Assembly: GCA_013265495.1 (NCBI GenBank) | Contig: MU058206.1 | Location: forward strand, 622,001-686,000 | Reading direction: 5' to 3' | Length of the DNA: 64,000 bases | DNA from: Vicugna vicugna | Taxonomy: Eukaryota | Part shown: positions 57,690 to 64,000 of the stretch, in pieces | Position numbering within the stretch: position 1 is the first letter of the stretch | How the letters are laid out: every line of letters starts with the position of its first letter | Translations under genes and position numbers: made by a program | The notes under the pieces: model-generated | What the model was told of the DNA's origin: nothing | Seen by the model: the letters and a program-made list of their open reading frames with translations, nothing else | Databases searched by the model: none

Positions 57690-60600
57690 GTCCCAGTACT
57701 ATTTTGCAGGATTGGCCCTGAGAGGGAGGCCCAATTGTCGAGGAAACTCAGAGAACAGGATGACAGGAGGGCCTCTAGTCTGGGCCAGCCCCAGGTGCTG
57801 CCTGGGAGGGAAGCACCATTTCAGAGGGCCGGGCTCACCCCCCGAACAGCCTCAGTTTCCCTCTGTCATCCCCGCTCTAGTCACCTGGCCCCAGCCTCCC
57901 CCACTGAGGCCTTAACGTTGTCAAGACAAGCCCGCAGCCTGGGACAGCTGCGGGAGGGGGAGATACCCACTCAGACCGGGCAGAGGTACCGGGTCTCAGG
58001 GGGAACAGAACCACTCAGCCCACTTAGGGCCACTGAAGAGCAAAGGGCACATGGGCAAAGAGCGAAATGGTGGACGGTCAAGGGCTTATCACTGCACATG
58101 CGTGGATGACAAGAACGGCTAAAATCAACACTGCTGAGCCCTCGGCGGGGATGGACCTAGGAGGTGACAACTGCTCCGTCGGGCGGCTCTGCAGGCCCAC
58201 ACGGCCCTGGAACAGGACCCAGGGGCAGTGGTCCTAGTGAGGCAGCTCTCATCTCGACCCAAGGGAGGACTTCCTGACAAGGGAAGTCCCAGAGGATCCC
58301 ACCCACCACGAGAACGATGCTCCCTGGTTCTGGAGGCCTTCAGAGATGACCTGAGGCTCTAGGAAGGGAAGTTTCTCTCCAGTAACCCCCAAACCCTCCC
58401 ATCACTTCACTTTAATCATTTATTTGGTCACTCACTAATACGGCCAGGTGGCAACGCAGCTTAGCGGTCACAAGCATGGGGTGTCACGGTCCAACTGCCA
58501 GGATTTATATCCGGGCTCCCTGTTCCACCACCCACTATCTGGGTGCCCCTGGTAGGTCACGCAGCTTTTCTGAGACTTACTGGTGAAATGGGATGGAGGA
58601 GATCTACACCACGGGGCTGGGGTGAGCTTACACAGAAAGTTCTTAGCAGAGGGCCCAGCACGTGATAAGCACGCATAAATGTGGCTACTCTGATTGTTAA
58701 TCATAAGCAGTTACTGTGTGCAGGTACTTTGCGGGGGGGGTTTCTGCAGCCTGGCGCCCTCTCTGGCCACCAGGGGTCAGCTCAGACCAGTGCATCAACC
58801 ATCACAGCCCCTCAGAGCCTGAGAAATTCACCTGACAACCCCCTGCTCGCTGTGGTCTTAGTTCCAACGACACGGGCCTCATCCTCCCTGGTCCTGCATC
58901 ACCCCTTTTGCACGATGAGGTCAGAGGGCAGGGCTCGTTCAGTGCTTCCTAGACCTCGGCTCACACGTATTTTAGGTACATAGCATGTGGATACATCAAG
59001 TAACATCACTCTTTTTCACTTCATTATGGACCAACTCAAACTTCCTCAAGAGCTGGTAGTGGCTGAGAATGGCATTTGAGAACAACAGTCTAGAAATGGG
59101 TATTTTTCAAAGGTGGGTAATGTATACAACTCCTTTATAAAGGAAACGCTCCTTGCAAGACTCCAAGAGTATGTCCGCAGACTCCCAACACCAGTGGTCC
59201 CCATGGGCAGCACTGCAATATACCTACTTATTCCATAGAAATGTCTTTTAATTGTGAGTTTCATGGCAAAATTTTAGTCTCTATAATTAGAAATACATAT
59301 ATATACATACATACATATATATATTTTTTAGATTGTATCTGCAAGCACCTCAGTTTGAGAAGTGGGTCTAGATGTCCATTAAGCAATTGTTCTGTTTCTC
59401 ACGGGAGAAAAGCTTAAATGAAAGCCAGTGGGATTGAAGCAAATTGTGAAGGAGAGCTAGTCTCAGTGATGGGAGGTGCCAGGCAGCACAGCCCAGGGCA
59501 GTGATGGGTCTGCTCCTTAGGAGAGGGACAAGGGGTCACCGTCCTGGAAGGTGGGAGAAGAACAGTCTCAGGGGCAAGGGGATAGACGGCGGAAAAGGCT
59601 TTAAGCCCTGGGCATTCTCAACTGTGTTTCCCTGCGTCTGTGAGATGAGAACTTTGACGGAAACAAGATGAAACACGCAACTTTTCTTCCCGGAGTCATT
59701 TCACACACCCCTCCTTTCAAAAGAAATTCCTTGGAGGTCTGGGGGAGAAACTCCAAGGGAATGCCAATAATTCTGACATCACAGCACTGCCCTAGTGACC
59801 CATGAAGAAATACCAAAGCTAGAGATGGTTTCCTGAGCTGGGTCAGACCACCGGCCTGGCTACAGGCACGGCCCACACATCAGAGTCCCCCAGGCCGCTG
59901 GGCTCCATGCTGCTGCACCCGGCCTCCCCAGCTTGGGAGACAAGGGGGGATGATGGAAGGGACAGGGCCAGAGAGCTTGTGTGCCCAGCGGGGCATTGCA
60001 AAAAAGCTGATCACAATTGGCAGAGCTCTGAAGTTCACAGCTGCTAGGACATTTTATCCATCGGCACCATGGGCATGGTGTCCACCACCTACCAGCTTTT
60101 CCAGGTTATAAAGATATTTGAAACCCGAAAAAAAAATTATTAACTGCAAAATACAGAAAGAAACCTGCAAAGCTAAAAGCAACAGACGCTTCATCACCTG
60201 TCTACAAAATAGAACAGGACGTTAGCTAGTCAGCAGCAGCTCAAGTCCGACACAAATTACACTGACGGCAGGATGTGGGAGGAGTCTGATGGGCTCACTA
60301 TGATGTGGGGCAAAGCCTATGAATTTACCAGGTCTCACATTCACCCCTCTCTCAGCAGGGCTACCCAACCTGGCTCCCCCTTTCCTCCCTTTTCTTCTTG
60401 CCTCTTCTTGATCTCCCAATTTCTATTTCACCCTGGCTGCCACTGTCCATCAGGCCAGAAAATGTGCCCCAGGAATCTCCCACCAGCCTCAGCGAGCAGC
60501 TCAGCTCCTACCCCCACCCCCGTGAGGCATCTCGGGAGCCGGCCCGCGCTAGGGCCAGCAGAGCCCTGCCCTGCGCTGCGGTCCAGCCCGGTAGCGAGGG

Positions 60601-62068
60601 ACGGACCCCAGGCTTGCCCGGGCCGGGCTATCGTGGGTGGAATCTTAGTTGAGTCAGGAATCAGGAGGCAGTGTCACATGGCTGTTAAGAACATGGGCTT
60701 TGGAATCTGGCAGACCCGAATTCAACTCCCATGTCTACTGGGTGACTCGGGACAAATTACTTTTGTCTCTTTGAGTCTTAGTTTCCTCACATGTAAAATC
60801 ACACCCGTCGTTATTAAAATTGGGTATGAATTATCATGTGAAAAGTATTGTGCCCATAGCAACAGTCTTCCTTAGGGGCACAGAGGGCAGCTGTGAGGCT
60901 TTAGATGGGATGATACATGTTAAGCTTTCACTTTCTGTAAGAACAATAACCACTTCTACGGAGCATTTCTGATGTTCCAGCCACGCGCACTTTCCCCGGC
61001 TTTATTTCAGTGAGGTCTCCCACCAACGGCGGGCTGAGGTTCTGTTGATGGTCCCTGTGTTGCTGATAAGCAAACTGTAGCTCAGAAACTTCAAAGACCA
61101 TGCCCAGGACCGCACAGAGCTGGGATTCTAATACAGGCAGGTCTAAACCTAACCCTGCACACACCGCCCCCAAACGGTAGCTTTACAAATTGTTCTGTAA
61201 CGGGCAATCCAGAAGAACATTGACCTTAAACCCAGAAAACATGGCTTTGAAGCAAGGCTCTACCTCTCCTGTAGGTGTAAGCGTTTTAAGCAGCCTTCCA
61301 GCCTCTCTCAGCCGGTCCCCTCATATGTGAGTGGAAATAACAAGGCCCAGGTTCTGCCAACGGGACAGGATTACAGCCAGGCTCAAATCAGATGCTGGAT
61401 ACAAGTGTTGGGTGGGCCAGCAATCCCTTGGCAAGCACATTGTGATGACCCTTCTTTACCCCCTGTCAGCTAAGTGTCTGTCCAAGCTCCCCTTGAATAC
61501 TTCCGGGGACAGAATGCTCACTTCTTAATCTAGTCGCTCATTCTGGTTACAAAGTTCTCCCCTTTGCAAAGTCCGCAAGGATTTGCCTGTAACTCCATCC
61601 CACCAGCCCTGGCCAGGACCTCCTCTGCCCTGCCAGCTGGAAGAACCCTCGCAGTCTCCCGCACTGGAGGCTGAAGACCCCCATGGCTGTGTCCTTGCTC
61701 CTGCCGTCCTGCCCTGGGCTCCCCCACCACAGGAAGAGGCAGATGAAAGCAGGCATGTTCTCGGTTTGCATGGGCTCCTCTCCTGCTACTAACTCTTTCC
61801 CTGTCCCTGCTTACCCGACTCCCAGGCCAGAGACAGTACAGAGCAAAGAAGGATGTGGAAGACACCAGACGCCGATGGCTGCTCTGACCGCTCACACTTC
61901 CTGACGCCCCTGCCCTCTGCAAACACCTGCAGTGCCCCGGCTGGTCCTGCCACCTTGGCTGGCACTTGGGCTCTGGGGCCAGGATCATGTGGACTTTGTC
62001 CTGTTGGTTTCCCTTGTTTACCCCACTCTCCTTCCCCTGGCACTCCCCAGCCACCCTTTTGCTCGTAC

Positions 62069-62203
62069 CTTGAAAGACTCCAGGAATCCCCCATGGCCCC
62101 CACTCTCAAACTTGTCCTCTTCTGGGCCCAGTCCCAGCATGGCCTGCGTGTGGGCGTGGAGTTCGTCGTGAAGGTTGTCCAGGAGGGCTGCCTTCGTCCG
62201 GTC
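62069..62203 (-). pseudogene. RAP1GAP2: RAP1GAP2 exon (end of the RapGAP domain) with a mutated splice acceptor
   Basis: [45 protein letters not shown]|gtacga, 135 nt; recalled human [45 protein letters not shown]. The acceptor reads ttccaa|GAC instead of ag|GAC. Confidence 0.9.
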
Positions 62204-62563
62204 TTGGAAGGGAAAAAAAAGGGTGGGGGTGGTTAAGCTGGCACTGAGAGCAGAGATGTGCCCCCCCCCCGGAGGCTCCAGACACCTGGCCCAAGGGCTG
62301 TGAATCTGGCCAGCTACATCCCAGCAACAGTGTGGACCTATATCCAGGCTGGGCTTCATGCTCACAAATGCTGCAGCTAACACTACAGCTCCGTGCCCTG
62401 CCCCCTGCTCCCTTCTCTCTGTCCCTTCTCCCTGGGCCATCTCGCCCTCCCATGGCTCTGCCCTGATGACTCCCAGCCCAGATCTCTGCCCCAGGCACCA
62501 CGTCCATGTACCCAACTGCCCATAGCTCCTCTCCATCCAGGTGTGCATCCAAGGTCACATCTA

Positions 62564-62582
62564 CAGCCACCAGGGGGCGCCA
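62564..62582 (+). promoter_or_regulatory. Strong CTCF consensus site
   Basis: CAGCCACCAGGGGGCGCCA matches the core CCACCAGGGGGCGC exactly. Confidence 0.65.
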
Positions 62583-63547
62583 TTCACACAGACCAGGACC
62601 AACCCTTTCAGCAACACAGCCTTTGCCCGTGCCTCCAAATAGCAGGTCCAGACAGTGTTCCCATGTCAGCAAAGAGCCCAAGCCAAAGGCCCGGGTGGCT
62701 CCCCACAATCCCACTTCTCCCCACTCTTATATACAAGAGTCCATCAAGTCTTCCTGACTCTGAGCACTTCCTGTGCTGAAGCAAGCTGCCACTCTGCCTC
62801 TTGGACTCCTGTAATAGCTTCTAGCTGGCCCCCTTCCTGCCCTCCTGCCTTCAGGCTGACCGTCACCTCTGCCACCTCCTCCTGTACTTTATTAGGGCCT
62901 TATCACCTCTAGCTCAAAGCCTTTCTTGATCTGACCCAACCAGCATCTGCAGCTGGTCCTCCCACCATTCCATCCCCCTCATGAATCCAACCCTCTGGAG
63001 CTCCCTCACGAAGTCATGCTCTGAATCTGCCCGGCCTTTTCATGCTGATTCCCACGCCTGGAATAACCCTCCCCAATCTTTCCTCGTGGCAGAAGTCTCA
63101 TTAGATATCCAGATTTGGCAGCTCCAAGGCCACCTCCTCCAAAAAGCCTTCCCTGAACACACCTTCCATTCCCCACAGGCAGAAGCAGCCACTACCCTGA
63201 GCCACAGCCCCTGCTGGCCTCCGTCATAGTCCAGGGCACTCTATCATACCTGTCTCCACCAGCCGGTGAGCTCTGTAGGGGCAGAAACTGTCTCACTTAT
63301 CCCAGTTTCCCAGGGAACAGAACAAAGCACAGTACACAGTAGGTGCTCAATAAGTAATCAGCGAATGGTTGACTAGACCTAAAGTTTGGAGGGAGTTCCC
63401 ACAAGAAGAAAGAGCTCCACATCAACACAATGCTGAAGGCTTAGAGGGGCAAAGATGGTGCTTCCCACCTTAAATAGCCCCCAAGAATAGACCCTCGAGA
63501 AAGGCTGGCCCGGTGGGCAGGAGGAAGACCAGAAACCTCGTGCTCAC

Positions 63548-63643
63548 CTCCAGCTTCGCAAACTTGTCTGACTTGCAGCAAGCGTTCTCCGCGTTGGTGA
63601 GCTTGGTGGGCTTGGTGAGCAGAAACTCTCTGAACTCTGGGCC
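63548..63643 (-). pseudogene. RAP1GAP2: RAP1GAP2 RapGAP-domain exon with an in-frame 9-bp duplication
   Basis: ttccag|[32 protein letters not shown]|gtgagc, 96 nt; recalled human [29 protein letters not shown]. Confidence 0.9.
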
Positions 63644-64000
63644 CTGGAACAGACAAGATGCTCCATCCTTAGCTGCTGCCACAGGGCTTTAACCACAGTA
63701 AGAGGCAGGCAGTTCAGGGGGCCTGGGGGGAGAGTCTACTTCTGACACTGCATCACTTTTAGCCCAGCCCAAGCCCACCTGCTAAGATGCCAACATGGAA
63801 ACCAGCTGCCCTGGTGCTAGCAAATCCACTTTCCACACCCACCATAGCACTTCCGGGAGTGGTGGCCACTTGTGCCCAAGGCGCCTGGGACTGGCGTACA
63901 GCATAAAACCCTCCTCTAAGCAGAAAGACAATCCCAGTGTCAAACACCCTGACAAGAGGCCTTGTGCTGGGCTAGGCTGGCAGTACAAGGAGAGGTGGGG

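Noticed and set aside
62018..62714. Long minus-strand ORFs as single-exon genes
   Set aside because: Only the 135-nt RAP1GAP2 exon inside them is recognisable; the rest is intron read-through.

Overview
Mammalian genomic DNA, very probably camelid (alpaca or camel), judged from four tRNA-derived SINEs of the Vic-1 type. All gene and repeat-family names are recognised from remembered human sequences and consensus motifs, not from a database search. The one intact gene is TMEM92 (+ strand, 5 coding exons, 30292-34594, 164 aa, GT-AG introns, CpG-island promoter). Around it lies a mosaic of pieces from other genes: a near-full-length processed copy of C8orf58 with a single premature stop (5096-6205); two composite inserts of scrambled LRRC37 exon/intron fragments, the second also carrying RDM1 exon 1 with its promoter and an unidentified CpG island (19.6-21.1 kb and 24.4-26.4 kb); and two damaged exons of RAP1GAP2 on the - strand (62.1-63.6 kb) with no downstream exons visible. 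The most striking pattern is that each composite insert is bracketed by a long direct repeat of host sequence (about 50 bp and about 240 bp), far longer than retrotransposon target-site duplications. A possible third case lies at 57.4-57.7 kb. This suggests repeated templated insertion of LRRC37/RDM1-locus DNA into a probable camelid duplication mosaic. The rest is ordinary interspersed repeats (L1, L2, MIR, MLT, solo LTRs, hAT elements) and microsatellites.
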